Source of the DNA: Actibacterium ureilyticum
GTDB lineage: Bacteria > Pseudomonadota > Alphaproteobacteria > Rhodobacterales > Rhodobacteraceae
Length of the DNA stretch: 64,000 nucleotides
Assembly: GCF_002285435.1 (NCBI RefSeq)
Contig: NZ_NSBT01000037.1
Location: 1,006,313-1,070,312, forward strand
Direction of reading: 5' to 3'
In this document: piece after piece, positions 23,518-32,576 of the stretch
How the letters are laid out: every line of letters starts with the position of its first letter
Numbering within the stretch: position 1 is the first letter of the stretch
The notes under the pieces: generated by a model
Databases searched by the model: none
Told to the model about the DNA's origin: nothing
What the model saw: only the letters and a program-made list of their open reading frames with translations
Position numbers and translations under genes: made by a program

Positions 23518-24291
23518 TCAGCCCAGCGTCACATCCAGGATCATCATCAGGATCAGCCCCACCATCAGCCCGGTGGTGGCCGCGTCCTGATGCCCGTGGC
23601 GGTGCGTTTCGGGGATGATCTCGTGGCTGATGATATAGAGCATCGCGCCTGCGGCAAAGGTCAGCCCCCAGGGCAGCACCAGCGCTGAAACCCCAACCGC
23701 CGCCGCGCCGATCACCCCGCCCAGCGGCTCGACCAGCCCGGTGGCCAGCGCCACGCCAAAGGACCGCCAACGCCCGAACCCCTGCCCGCGCAATGCCACG
23801 GCAACGGCCAGCCCCTCGGGCGCGTTTTGCAGGCCGATCCCCGTGGCCAGCGCGGCGCCGTTGGCGATATCGCCGCCGCCGAACCCAACACCCACGGCCA
23901 TGCCTTCGGGGAAGTTGTGGATGGTGATGGCGATGACAAACAGCCAGATCTTGGCCAGCGCACCGGCATCGGCGCCCTCGGGACCCGTGATGAAATGCTC
24001 ATGCGGCAGCGTCTTGTTCAAGACCGCCACCAGCAGCCCGCCCAACGCAATGCCGCCCCCCGCGATCAGGGCCGCGGCCAGCACCGAGCCATAGACCGCC
24101 TCGGCCGCCTCCAGCCCCGGCAGGATCAGCGAAAAGAACGCCGCCGACAGCATCACCCCGGCGGCAAACCCCAGCATCCGGTCATTGGCCCGCCGCGACA
24201 CCGCGCGTCCGGCCAGCACCGGCAAGGCGCCCACCGCCGTCATCATGCCAGCCGCCAGCGACCCCAGAAATCCCAACAGAACGATGCTCAT
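23518..24291 (-). CDS. zupT: ZIP-family zinc transporter
   Basis: 257 aa with 8 TM helices and the HNFPEG and HEIIPE/H-rich motifs of ZupT. Confidence 0.85.
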   Translation of the reverse strand: MSIVLLGFLGSLAAGMMTAVGALPVLAGRAVSRRANDRMLGFAAGVMLSAAFFSLILPGLEAAEAVYGSVLAAALIAGGGIALGGLLVAVLNKTLPHEHFITGPEGADAGALAKIWLFVIAITIHNFPEGMAVGVGFGGGDIANGAALATGIGLQNAPEGLAVAVALRGQGFGRWRSFGVALATGLVEPLGGVIGAAAVGVSALVLPWGLTFAAGAMLYIISHEIIPETHRHGHQDAATTGLMVGLILMMILDVTLG

Positions 24292-24359
24292 GCCCCATCT
24301 ATGCCCCCTGCGCGCGGGACTGCCAACGGGACAAATAGCGGTTGAATGAAATCCGCCCC

Positions 24360-24382
24360 ATTGGTAACGATTTCTTACCAAT
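24360..24382. promoter_or_regulatory. Perfect palindrome ATTGGTAA-cgatttc-TTACCAAT in the zupT/lldD divergent promoter region, 11 nt upstream of the lldD RBS
   Basis: 8-bp perfect inverted arms. The half-sites resemble FadR-subfamily GntR (PdhR/LldR) boxes, ATTGGT/ACCAAT. Confidence 0.5.
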
Positions 24383-24393
24383 AGGAGCATCCC

Positions 24394-25557
24394 ATGCCCA
24401 CAATCACCTGTATCGAAGACCTTCGCCGCCTGTACAAACGCCGCGCGCCCAAGATGTTCTATGACTATGCCGAGGCGGGCAGTTGGACCGAACAGACCTT
24501 TCGCGAGAACACCAGCGACTTCAACAAGATCTATCTGCGCCAGCGGGTTGCGGTGGATATGACGGGGCGCTCGACCGCCAGCCGGATGATCGGCCAGGAT
24601 GTCGCGATGCCGGTGGCGCTGGCGCCCGTGGGGATGACCGGGATGCAATCGGCCGATGGCGAGATCAAGGCCGCCCGCGCTGCCGAAAGATTCGGCGTGC
24701 CCTATACCCTGTCGACCATGTCGATCTGTTCGATCGAGGATGTCGCCGCCCACACGCAGAAACCGTTCTGGTTCCAGCTTTACGTGATGCGCGATCAGGA
24801 TTACGTCGCCCGGCTGATCCAGCGCGCCAAGGACGCCAAATGCAGCGCGATGGTGCTGACGCTGGATCTGCAGATCCTGGGCCAGCGGCACAAAGACCTG
24901 AAAAACGGCCTGTCGACCCCGCCCAAACCGACGCCGCGCACCTTGTTGGATCTGTCGACCAAATGGCGCTGGGGGATCGAGATGTTGCAGACCCAGCGGC
25001 GCCAGTTCGGCAATATCGTGGGCCACGCCAAGGATGTGGCCGACATGAGCTCGCTCATGGATTGGACCCACAAACAGTTCGACCCGCAACTCGACTGGGA
25101 GAAGGTCAAGGAATACAAACGCATGTGGGGCGGCCCGCTGATCCTGAAGGGGATTCTGGACGCCGAAGACGCGAAAAAGGCGCTGGATGTGGGGGCCGAT
25201 GCGATCATCGTGTCGAACCATGGCGGGCGTCAGCTGGATGGCGCGCTGTCGGCCATTCGCGCCCTGCCCGCGATCCTGGATGCGGTGGGCGACAAGATCG
25301 AGGTGCATCTGGACAGCGGCATCCGGTCGGGTCAGGACGTGCTGAAAGCCGTGGCGATGGGGGCCAAGGGCACCTATATCGGGCGCGCCTATATCTATGG
25401 GCTTGGCGCGATGGGCGAAGCGGGCGTGACCAAGGCGCTGGAAATCCTGCACAAGGAACTGGACACGACCATGGCGCTTTGCGGGCGCAAGCAGGTCACC
25501 GATCTGGACCGCGACATCCTGCTGGTGCCCGAGGATTTCACGGGCCGCTGGGCCTGA
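24394..25557 (+). CDS. FMN-dependent alpha-hydroxy acid dehydrogenase (L-lactate dehydrogenase/glycolate oxidase family)
   Basis: 387 aa with FMN_dh fold motifs (catalytic-His region SNHGGRQLD) and an AGGAG RBS. Confidence 0.85.
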   Translation: MPTITCIEDLRRLYKRRAPKMFYDYAEAGSWTEQTFRENTSDFNKIYLRQRVAVDMTGRSTASRMIGQDVAMPVALAPVGMTGMQSADGEIKAARAAERFGVPYTLSTMSICSIEDVAAHTQKPFWFQLYVMRDQDYVARLIQRAKDAKCSAMVLTLDLQILGQRHKDLKNGLSTPPKPTPRTLLDLSTKWRWGIEMLQTQRRQFGNIVGHAKDVADMSSLMDWTHKQFDPQLDWEKVKEYKRMWGGPLILKGILDAEDAKKALDVGADAIIVSNHGGRQLDGALSAIRALPAILDAVGDKIEVHLDSGIRSGQDVLKAVAMGAKGTYIGRAYIYGLGAMGEAGVTKALEILHKELDTTMALCGRKQVTDLDRDILLVPEDFTGRWA

Positions 25558-25597
25558 TCCGGACCCGCGCCGAAAACCCGTTGAAAACCGCATGAAA

Positions 25598-25635
25598 CGG
25601 CAGATTCCCCCCTTTTCAAGCTGGGAAATCTGCCG
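25598..25635 (+). other. Imperfect ~12-bp inverted repeat (cggcagattccc ... gggaaatctgccg) with a 13-nt loop, between lldD and rplY
   Basis: Stem-loop without a U-tract. It could be an lldD terminator or an rplY leader structure. Confidence 0.35.
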
Positions 25636-25700
25636 TATACGCGCGGCTTCATCTGGGCATACACCCTTGGAGGATGCCCGCAACCTTAGGAGAATACATC

Positions 25701-26345
25701 ATGGCTGGTCAGATTCCTGATCTGAATGCCACGGTACGGACGGGGACAGGCAAGGGGGCCGCTCGTCAAGCACGCCGTGAAAATCTGGTACCGGGCGTTG
25801 TTTATGGCGGCGGGACCGACCCGATGCCGATCAACGTCAAGTTCAACGAACTGTTCAAGATGCTGAAGGCGGGTCGTTTCCTGTCGACGCTCTTCAACCT
25901 GAAGATCGAGGGCGAGGAAGACGTGCGCGTGATCTGCCGCAATGTGCAGCGCGACGTCGTCAAGGACCTGCCGGTGCACCTGGACCTGATGCGTCTGCAC
26001 CGCACTTCGCGGATCAACCTGTTCATCCCGGTCGAGTTCCAGAACGAGGAAGAGGCGCCCGGCCTGAAGCGCGGCGGCGTTCTGACCATCGTCCGTCCCG
26101 AGGTCGAGCTGAAAGTCACCGCGGGCGATATCCCCGAGAAGCTGACCGTTGACCTGAGCGGCCTGGACATCGGCGACACGATCACGATCTCGTCGATCAC
26201 CCTGCCCCAGGGCACGCGCCCGATGATCACCGACCGTGACTTCGTCATCGCCAACATCGCCGCGCCTTCGGGCCTGCGGTCGTCCGATGACGCCGACGCG
26301 GGCGAAGGCGAAGCCGAAGCCGAAGAGGCCACCGCCGAAGAATAA
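25701..26345 (+). CDS. rplY: 50S ribosomal protein L25/general stress protein Ctc
   Basis: AGGAGAA RBS, L25 N-terminal domain plus Ctc-type C-terminal domain, acidic tail. Confidence 0.9.
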   Translation: MAGQIPDLNATVRTGTGKGAARQARRENLVPGVVYGGGTDPMPINVKFNELFKMLKAGRFLSTLFNLKIEGEEDVRVICRNVQRDVVKDLPVHLDLMRLHRTSRINLFIPVEFQNEEEAPGLKRGGVLTIVRPEVELKVTAGDIPEKLTVDLSGLDIGDTITISSITLPQGTRPMITDRDFVIANIAAPSGLRSSDDADAGEGEAEAEEATAEE

Positions 26346-26377
26346 GTGTCCGCGGATACTTGAAGCCAGTTTGAAAC

Positions 26378-26416
26378 GCGAGGGGGACGCCCCCTCGCGT
26401 TTTTCTTTTGCCGCCC
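26378..26416 (+). terminator. Rho-independent terminator after rplY
   Basis: gcgagggggacgccccctcgc followed by gtttttctttt. Confidence 0.75.
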
Positions 26417-26463
26417 TGCGGCGTTCGCCCTAAAACGGGCGCCAACGAAGACGGAGCGGAAAC

Positions 26464-27147
26464 GTGCGGCTGTTTGTAGGATTGGGAAACCCCGGCGCGA
26501 AATACGCGCAGAACCGGCATAATATCGGGTTCATGGCGCTGGACCGGATCGCCGAGGATCACGGCTTTGCCCCCTGGCGCGGCAAGTTTCAGGGATCGGT
26601 ATCCGAAGGGCGGCTGGGATCGGACAAGGTCATCCTGCTGAAACCCGAAACCTTCATGAACCTGTCGGGTCAATCCGTGGGCGAGGCGATGCGGTTCTAT
26701 AAGCTGACCCCCGCCGATGTGGTGGTGTTCCATGACGAGCTGGACCTGGCCCCCGGCAAGGCCCGTGTCAAACAGGGCGGCGGTCATGCGGGCCACAACG
26801 GGCTGCGGTCGATCCACGCCCATATCGGGGCCGATTACGGCCGTGTGCGGCTGGGCATCGGCCACCCGGGCCACAAGGACGCCGTGGCGGGCTATGTCCT
26901 GCGCGATTTTCCCAAGGCCGATGCCGATTGGCTGGACGACCTGCTGCGCGGGATCAGCGATGGCGCGCCGTATCTGGCCGATGGCGACAGCGGCAAGTTC
27001 ATGAACGCGGTCGCCCTGCGCGTGGCCCCGTCCCGGTCATCGACGACCAAGGGCGCGGCGAAGCCAGCCCCGGCCCCCAAGCCGCAGCCGGAGCCGGAAC
27101 CCGATGCGCGCAGCCCGCTGCAAAAGCTGGTGGACAAGTTCAAGTGA
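26464..27147 (+). CDS. pth: Peptidyl-tRNA hydrolase
   Basis: GTG start with GGAG RBS; [11 protein letters not shown] and HNG motifs; C-terminal Pro/Ala-rich extension. Confidence 0.9.
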   Translation: MRLFVGLGNPGAKYAQNRHNIGFMALDRIAEDHGFAPWRGKFQGSVSEGRLGSDKVILLKPETFMNLSGQSVGEAMRFYKLTPADVVVFHDELDLAPGKARVKQGGGHAGHNGLRSIHAHIGADYGRVRLGIGHPGHKDAVAGYVLRDFPKADADWLDDLLRGISDGAPYLADGDSGKFMNAVALRVAPSRSSTTKGAAKPAPAPKPQPEPEPDARSPLQKLVDKFK

Positions 27148-28214
27148 GCCCCCGCGCCGCCTTTCGCAAGCAGGCCATGTCTTGCGAGGGGTTGGGCTCG
27201 CCCTTTACCGCGCGGCTGCTGCGGCTGATTGCCGACCGGCTGGAACCGGGGGGCGCCGTGGCCGACCGGATCCTGAGCTGGCGCGGCGATATCGGCAGCG
27301 CCGGTGCGTCGGTCCCGTTGCGGCTGGCGGGCACGCTGCATGGGCTGGTTCTGGATGGAAGCGCCCCGGACCTGGCCGCGCAGTATCCCCCCAACGGCAC
27401 CGATGACGATGCGCTTTGGCACGCTATCGAAACCGCCCTGCACACGCATGAGGCCCGCATTCAAACATGGCTGGACAGCCCGCCCCAGACGAACGAGGTC
27501 CGGCGCAGCGCGGCCCTGATCGCGGTGGCGCATTGGCTGAGCGCGCGCACGGGCCTGCCCCTGATCCTGTCCGAAATCGGGGCCAGCGCCGGGCTGAACC
27601 TGCATTGGGATCGCTATGCGCTGCGTCTGCCCGGTGCGACATTCGGCCCGGACCAACCGGTTCTGACCCTGTCGCCCGATTGGGCCGGCCCCCTGCCCCC
27701 GGCCGTGCGCCCGCGCATCGCGGATCGGCGCGGTGTCGATCTGAACCCGCTGAACCCCGCCGATCCGGCGCATGTGCTGCGGCTGCTGTCCTATATCTGG
27801 CCCGATCAGCCCGACCGGATGGAACGCACCCGCGCCGCACTGACCCTTCCGCCCGCGCCGGTCGATCAGGCCGACGCGGTGGACTGGCTGGGGCCGCGCC
27901 TGGCGGCCCGGCACCCGGGACATGTGCACCTGATCTGTCACACGGTCGCCTGGCAATACCTGCCGGCAGAGGCGCAATCCCGCGGTGAAGCAATCATTGC
28001 CGCAGCCGGTGCACAGGCCACCGCAGATGCGCCGCTGGCCTGGTTCGGGATGGAGGCTGACGGCCACGCCCCCGGTGCTGCGCTGACCCTGCGGCTGTGG
28101 CCCGGCGATGTGACGATCCCCATGGGTCGGGCCGATTTCCACGGCCGCTGGATCGACTGGCAGGCCCCCGCGCCCGAGGGCGCTGTGAAAAATTTCACCA
28201 CCCCCCGCGAATAA
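27144..28214 (+). CDS. DUF2332 domain protein
   Basis: A GTG start overlaps the pth stop (GTGA). The N-terminus [22 protein letters not shown] matches the conserved DUF2332 start. Confidence 0.65.
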   Translation: MSPRAAFRKQAMSCEGLGSPFTARLLRLIADRLEPGGAVADRILSWRGDIGSAGASVPLRLAGTLHGLVLDGSAPDLAAQYPPNGTDDDALWHAIETALHTHEARIQTWLDSPPQTNEVRRSAALIAVAHWLSARTGLPLILSEIGASAGLNLHWDRYALRLPGATFGPDQPVLTLSPDWAGPLPPAVRPRIADRRGVDLNPLNPADPAHVLRLLSYIWPDQPDRMERTRAALTLPPAPVDQADAVDWLGPRLAARHPGHVHLICHTVAWQYLPAEAQSRGEAIIAAAGAQATADAPLAWFGMEADGHAPGAALTLRLWPGDVTIPMGRADFHGRWIDWQAPAPEGAVKNFTTPRE

Positions 28215-28353
28215 TCGCGCGCCCCAAGGCGTTGTTACTGTGACGGCACCGCAAACGCCGTCGCAGAAGACCCAGACCACCGCAGCGGTGCTGCATATTG
28301 AAACCCGCGCCGGGTGGGCTGACGAACTACATTAAGATCAGGGAATTTCATAA

Positions 28354-28521
28354 TGAAAACATTTGCTTGTGTATGTCTCGTAATGTGTGCCCTGACGGGT
28401 GGCGCCCTTGCCAAAGGGGGCGTGTCGGCATCGGCGACACTGTCCAGCACCCAAAGTACCAAGACCGGCACCGGGTTCGGCGATCTTAATACCGTCGACA
28501 CCCTGCGCTGGTTGCCCTGAA
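28354..28521 (+). CDS. Small secreted peptide (55 aa; Sec signal peptide plus a 35-aa Ser/Thr-rich mature peptide); not in the ORF track (<60 aa)
   Basis: AGGGAA RBS 7 nt before ATG. MKTFACVCLVMCALTGGALA-KGGVSASATLSSTQSTKTGTGFGDLNTVDTLRWLP. Unusually AT-rich codons. Coordinates +/-1. Confidence 0.45.
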
Positions 28522-28565
28522 CGACAACCCTATCTGAAACCGAGATATTGAACCGGAGATCCAAG

Positions 28566-29102
28566 ATGAAAACCACAATCCTGTCCCTTGCCGCAGTCAC
28601 CCTGATGTCGGGCGCGGCCCTGGCCGCGGGGTCGGACAGCACGACCCCGCCGAAGCCCACGGAAACCACGACCGTCTGCCAGGATGGTCAGATCTTTGAC
28701 GCCGCGACCAAGACCTGCCTGGATTCCAAGGCCGATCTGTTCGACGACACCAACCGCTATGAGGCGGCGCGCGAGATGGCCTATGCCGGGCAATACACCG
28801 AGGCCCTGACCGTTCTGGCCAGCGCCGAGAATGCCAGCGATCCGCGCATCCTGAACTACAAGGGGTTCGTGAACCGCAAGCTGGGCCATTCGGACCTGGC
28901 GATGGCGTATTACACCGCCGCGCTGAAGGTCGACCCCGACTATATCCTGGCGCGGTCCTATATGGGTCAGGGCCTGGTGGCCGAGGGCGATTTCGTCGGC
29001 GCCCGCAACCAGCTGATCGAAATCCGCGCCCGTGGCGGCGAAGGCAGCTGGGCCGAAGCCTCGCTGGAACAGGCCCTGATGGGCCAAGTCAGCGACTGGT
29101 AA
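28566..29102 (+). CDS. Secreted TPR-like repeat protein with a conserved Cys pair
   Basis: Signal peptide MKTTILSLAAVTLMSGAALAAG with a GGAGA RBS; CQDGQIFDAATKTC; TPR-like helices (AYAGQYTEALTVLAS, AMAYYTAALKVDPDY). Confidence 0.65.
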   Translation: MKTTILSLAAVTLMSGAALAAGSDSTTPPKPTETTTVCQDGQIFDAATKTCLDSKADLFDDTNRYEAAREMAYAGQYTEALTVLASAENASDPRILNYKGFVNRKLGHSDLAMAYYTAALKVDPDYILARSYMGQGLVAEGDFVGARNQLIEIRARGGEGSWAEASLEQALMGQVSDW

Positions 29103-29209
29103 ACCCCGTGCAGGCGCGTGCCCACATATCCAATGCCGCGTCGGGGCCGATCCCCGGCGCGGTTCGGGCGCGGGTACATCCTGTCTTTACCTATCAGACC
29201 TGCGCTGGC

Positions 29210-29743
29210 ATGATCCGCGCAAAAGACGATGCGGGGGTTGGTGTGGCCGATACGGACAGGCTGAGACAGGCGCTTGTTGCGCAATTGCCGCGGATGCGGC
29301 GTTTTGCCTGGTCATTGACGCGCAACCACGCCGATGCCGAGGATCTGCTGCAATCCAGCTGCGAACGCGCGATGCTGAACGCAGCCAGCGCGCCCGATGG
29401 CGATGGGCTGTTGCCGTGGACCTTTACCATGATGCGCAACCTGTGGATTTCCGAAACCCGCAAGCGCGGCGTGCGCCAGGGTGCGGGCCAGGTCGACGCG
29501 CAGGACGCAACCGAGCTGAAGACCGCATCGGGCCCCGAGGATGCCGTGCGCAGTTCCCAGCTGATGGCCCAGATCCGCGCCCTGCCCGAAGGGTTTTCCG
29601 CCGTGTTGCTGCTGGTCAGCGTCGAAGGGCACAGCTATCAGGAAGCCGCCGATATCCTGGGTATTCCCGTCGGAACGGTGATGTCCCGCATGTCGGGCGC
29701 GCGACAGAAACTGAAAGCCGCCATGGCGGAGGAACCGGCATGA
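29210..29743 (+). CDS. ECF (sigma-70 family) RNA polymerase sigma factor
   Basis: Region 2 (ADAEDLLQSSCERAMLN...WTFTMMRNLWISETRKR) and region 4 (SYQEAADILGIPVGTVMSRMSGARQKL) are present. The start is uncertain (ATG 29210 or an upstream GTG). Confidence 0.75.
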   Translation: MIRAKDDAGVGVADTDRLRQALVAQLPRMRRFAWSLTRNHADAEDLLQSSCERAMLNAASAPDGDGLLPWTFTMMRNLWISETRKRGVRQGAGQVDAQDATELKTASGPEDAVRSSQLMAQIRALPEGFSAVLLLVSVEGHSYQEAADILGIPVGTVMSRMSGARQKLKAAMAEEPA

Positions 29744-30540
29744 CGACCCCGTCCCCTATCACCGATCCCGCCCTGCTGGAGCGTCTGAGCGCCTATGTCG
29801 ATGGCGCGCTGTCGCCTGACCAGATGACCGAGGTCGAGGCGCTGGCCGCACGCGACCCCGCCGTTCTGGCCGAAATCGAGAGCCTGCAGGCGCTGGATCT
29901 GCAATTGAACGATGCCTTTGACCAGATGCTGGATCTGCCCGGCGCGGATGCGCTGCCCCCGGCGTTGCAACCCGTGGCGCCCACGGCCGCCAACCTGAAC
30001 CAGGCCCCCAGCTGGGGCTTCGGGCAGATTGCAGCGATGCTGGCCATGTTGCTGGTCGGCGCGGGCGGCGGCTGGTTCGTGGCACAGAACAGCGCGCCCC
30101 CGGCGCAGGTCGCGCAAGCGCGCGGCTGGATGGCCGAGGTCGCCGATTACCACCGTGTCTATGCCACCCAGGTGCGGCACCTGGCCGAGGTTCCCGCCAG
30201 CGAGAAAGAGCATATTGAGGCCTGGCTGGGCCAGACCACCGGCGTCCCGTTCAAGGTGCCCGACCTGTCCGCCGCAGGCTACACGTTCCAGGGGGCGCGG
30301 CTGCTGGTGGCGGCGGGCAAGCCGGTGTCGCAGCTGCTTTACACCGATGCGGCGGGCCAGGTTCTGGCGATCTGCGCGATTGCCGGCGGCGATCCCGAAG
30401 GCACGGGCGAGTTCACACCGCGCGATTTCGGGGATGTGCAGATGGTGAACTGGAAAACCGGGACGGCGTCCTATGTTGTTGTGGGCACACCCGATATGGA
30501 TCTGCCGGTCCTGGCCCGGCAGGTCGCCCAAGAGATCTGA
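29740..30540 (+). CDS. Anti-sigma factor (single-pass membrane; N-terminal anti-sigma domain, periplasmic C-terminal domain)
   Basis: ATG overlaps the sigma-factor stop (ATGA). The N-terminus reads LLERLSAYVDGALSPDQMTEVEAL, followed by TM FGQIAAMLAMLLVGAGGGWFVA. No Zn-finger cysteines. Confidence 0.7.
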   Translation: MTTPSPITDPALLERLSAYVDGALSPDQMTEVEALAARDPAVLAEIESLQALDLQLNDAFDQMLDLPGADALPPALQPVAPTAANLNQAPSWGFGQIAAMLAMLLVGAGGGWFVAQNSAPPAQVAQARGWMAEVADYHRVYATQVRHLAEVPASEKEHIEAWLGQTTGVPFKVPDLSAAGYTFQGARLLVAAGKPVSQLLYTDAAGQVLAICAIAGGDPEGTGEFTPRDFGDVQMVNWKTGTASYVVVGTPDMDLPVLARQVAQEI

Positions 30541-30560
30541 TCACCAACGGAACTTTGCCC

Positions 30561-30956
30561 GTGAACAAAGACCCATCGCTGAACATCCTGGGCACCGCAC
30601 TGGCGCCCTGTTCGACCGCCCCGATGACCGGCTATTTCCGCAACGGCCATTGCGACACCTGCGCCGAAGACACCGGCAGCCACACGGTCTGCGTCGTGCT
30701 GACGGCCGAATTTCTGGCGTTCTCGAAATATGTCGGCAACGATTTGTCGACCCCGCGCCCCGAAATGCGCTTTCCCGGCCTCAAGCCCGGCGACCGCTGG
30801 TGCCTGTGCGCCAGCCGGTTCCTGCAGGCGCATGAAGAGGGCTGCGCGCCGCGTGTCGATCTGACCGCCACCCATCAGCGGGCGCTGGAGATCGTGCCGA
30901 TCGAGGTTCTGAACATGCATGCGGCGGATCGTCTGGACCCCTCGACCGGCGCTTGA
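30561..30956 (+). CDS. DUF2237 family protein
   Basis: NILGTALAPC...GYFRNGHCDTCAEDTGSHTVCVV matches the DUF2237 Cys-rich signature. GTG start; lies 20 nt after the anti-sigma stop. Confidence 0.65.
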   Translation: MNKDPSLNILGTALAPCSTAPMTGYFRNGHCDTCAEDTGSHTVCVVLTAEFLAFSKYVGNDLSTPRPEMRFPGLKPGDRWCLCASRFLQAHEEGCAPRVDLTATHQRALEIVPIEVLNMHAADRLDPSTGA

Positions 30957-31051
30957 CCCGGGCGCGCGGATCGGCTCATCTCGACCGGCAAGCCATTTTC
31001 CAGGCACTGGAACGCGCCAGCCCACACGTCAATTCCAGCCGAGAGCACACC

Positions 31052-31372
31052 ATGACCTATATCGCCATGAACCGTTTCAAGGTCCGCCCGGGGTCCGAAG
31101 AGGATTTCGAGAACATCTGGCGCAGCCGCGAAAGCCATCTGAAGGAGCTGAAGGGATTTCGCGAATTCCGCCTGCTGAAGGGACCCCAGGGCGACGGCTA
31201 TCAGCTGTATTCCAGCCATGTGATCTGGGACAGCCGCGCCGATTTCGAAGCCTGGACCAAATCCCAGCAATTCCGCGATGCGCACAAGGACGCGGGCAAT
31301 CGCGGCACGCAATCGGCGCTGATGGGGCCGCCGCAATTCGAAGGGTTCGAAACCATCCTGGAAGAGGTCTGA
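31052..31372 (+). CDS. Antibiotic biosynthesis monooxygenase (ABM) domain protein
   Basis: 106 aa (MTYIAMNRFKV...) with the ferredoxin-like ABM fold; GAGAG RBS. Confidence 0.65.
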   Translation: MTYIAMNRFKVRPGSEEDFENIWRSRESHLKELKGFREFRLLKGPQGDGYQLYSSHVIWDSRADFEAWTKSQQFRDAHKDAGNRGTQSALMGPPQFEGFETILEEV

Positions 31373-31385
31373 CCCCAACGGAATG

Positions 31386-31420
31386 ACCCGCCCGGACGTA
31401 TCCGGACGGGTCCTGTTTTC
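31386..31420. terminator. Convergent terminator hairpin (GACCCGCCCGGA cgta TCCGGACGGGTC) followed by CTGTTTTC
   Basis: 12-bp stem with 1 mismatch; lies between the ABM (+) and slipin (-) gene ends. Confidence 0.6.
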
Positions 31421-31430
31421 AGCCCCAGTT

Positions 31431-32576
31431 TCAACCTTGGCGCAAGCGCACCAGATCGCTCATCAGCCCTTCGGTCCCGTTGTGAACCGTCAGCTGATCG
31501 ACCTTGCCGGCGATGGTTTCCAGCGCCTCCAGCTCTTTCAGGCGCAGCATCACCGGGTTGTCGGCCATGACCTTGGCCGTGTTCAGAAGCGACCGCGTTG
31601 CGTTCGTTTCCTCGCGGCGCCGGATCACGTTGGCCTCGGCCTCTTTCTGGGCCTCGACCACCTGGTTCAGGATCGCGCGCATCTCGCCCGGCAGGATCAC
31701 GTCCTTCAGGGCGATCTCGCCGACCTCGATCCCGATCCCGGCCATTTCGGCCCGCACGGCCTGGGCCGCCGCGACATCGACCGACACCTTGTCGGCCAGC
31801 AGCCGGTCCAGCGTCAGCGCCCCCAGCGTCTTGCGGAACGCCAGTTGCAGCGCGCGGTGCAGCGCCTCGGCGAAGTCGGCCACCGCCGTGACCGCCCGCA
31901 GGGGATCCGTGACACGATAGGTGGCCGACAGGTTCACCCGCAGCGACACGCGGTCGGCTGTCAGGATCTCCTGGCCTGTCACCTCCTTGGTCTGCCAGCG
32001 GGTATCCACCAGCCGGATCAGATGCTTGCGCCCCAGGTTCCAGAACCAATAGGTCCCGGCGGGCAGCACCCGGGTCTGCACCCCGTCGACCGACAGGATC
32101 CCGACCCGGCCCTCGGCGATCTCGGCGCTGGTCATCTGCGCCACCAGCCCCGACCGCATCAGCCGACGCGCCAGCACAGGCGGCACCGCATGGTCCCCCG
32201 CGACATCCAGACGCTCCACCATCCAGCGAGCGGCATCGGTCCAGACGACCCGGCGGGTGTCCTGGGTGATGACCGCGAACGCCCGGCCGTCGCGATACAG
32301 GATCGCGATCTCGTCGGCGCCGGTCTCGACCACCGTCAGATGGGTTTCGACCAGGTCGGGGCGTTCCCGCAGAAGCGCATCTTCATAGACGCTTTCGAAA
32401 CGCGGAGTGTTCAGATCAAACAGGGTCACCTGCACGTCCCGGCGCGGCATCCGGTGTTCGCCGGGGCCAAGGATCGTGTCGAACCGCCCCTTGCGCAGCA
32501 CCAGGGCACGCTGGGTTTCGGTCAGGGTCAGGCGCTGCTTTTGCAGCAGAAAATCAACGATACGTGTCATGATCAT
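31431..32576 (-). CDS. SPFH/band-7 (slipin/stomatin-like) family protein
   Basis: 381 aa from MIMTRIVDF behind a perfect GAAGGAG RBS; band-7 domain and C-terminal coiled coil. Confidence 0.8.
   Translation of the reverse strand: MIMTRIVDFLLQKQRLTLTETQRALVLRKGRFDTILGPGEHRMPRRDVQVTLFDLNTPRFESVYEDALLRERPDLVETHLTVVETGADEIAILYRDGRAFAVITQDTRRVVWTDAARWMVERLDVAGDHAVPPVLARRLMRSGLVAQMTSAEIAEGRVGILSVDGVQTRVLPAGTYWFWNLGRKHLIRLVDTRWQTKEVTGQEILTADRVSLRVNLSATYRVTDPLRAVTAVADFAEALHRALQLAFRKTLGALTLDRLLADKVSVDVAAAQAVRAEMAGIGIEVGEIALKDVILPGEMRAILNQVVEAQKEAEANVIRRREETNATRSLLNTAKVMADNPVMLRLKELEALETIAGKVDQLTVHNGTEGLMSDLVRLRQG

Noticed and set aside
26892-28280. 462-aa minus-strand ORF over the pth/DUF2332 region
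   Set aside because: Antisense to pth and DUF2332; Gly/Arg/Pro-rich junk.
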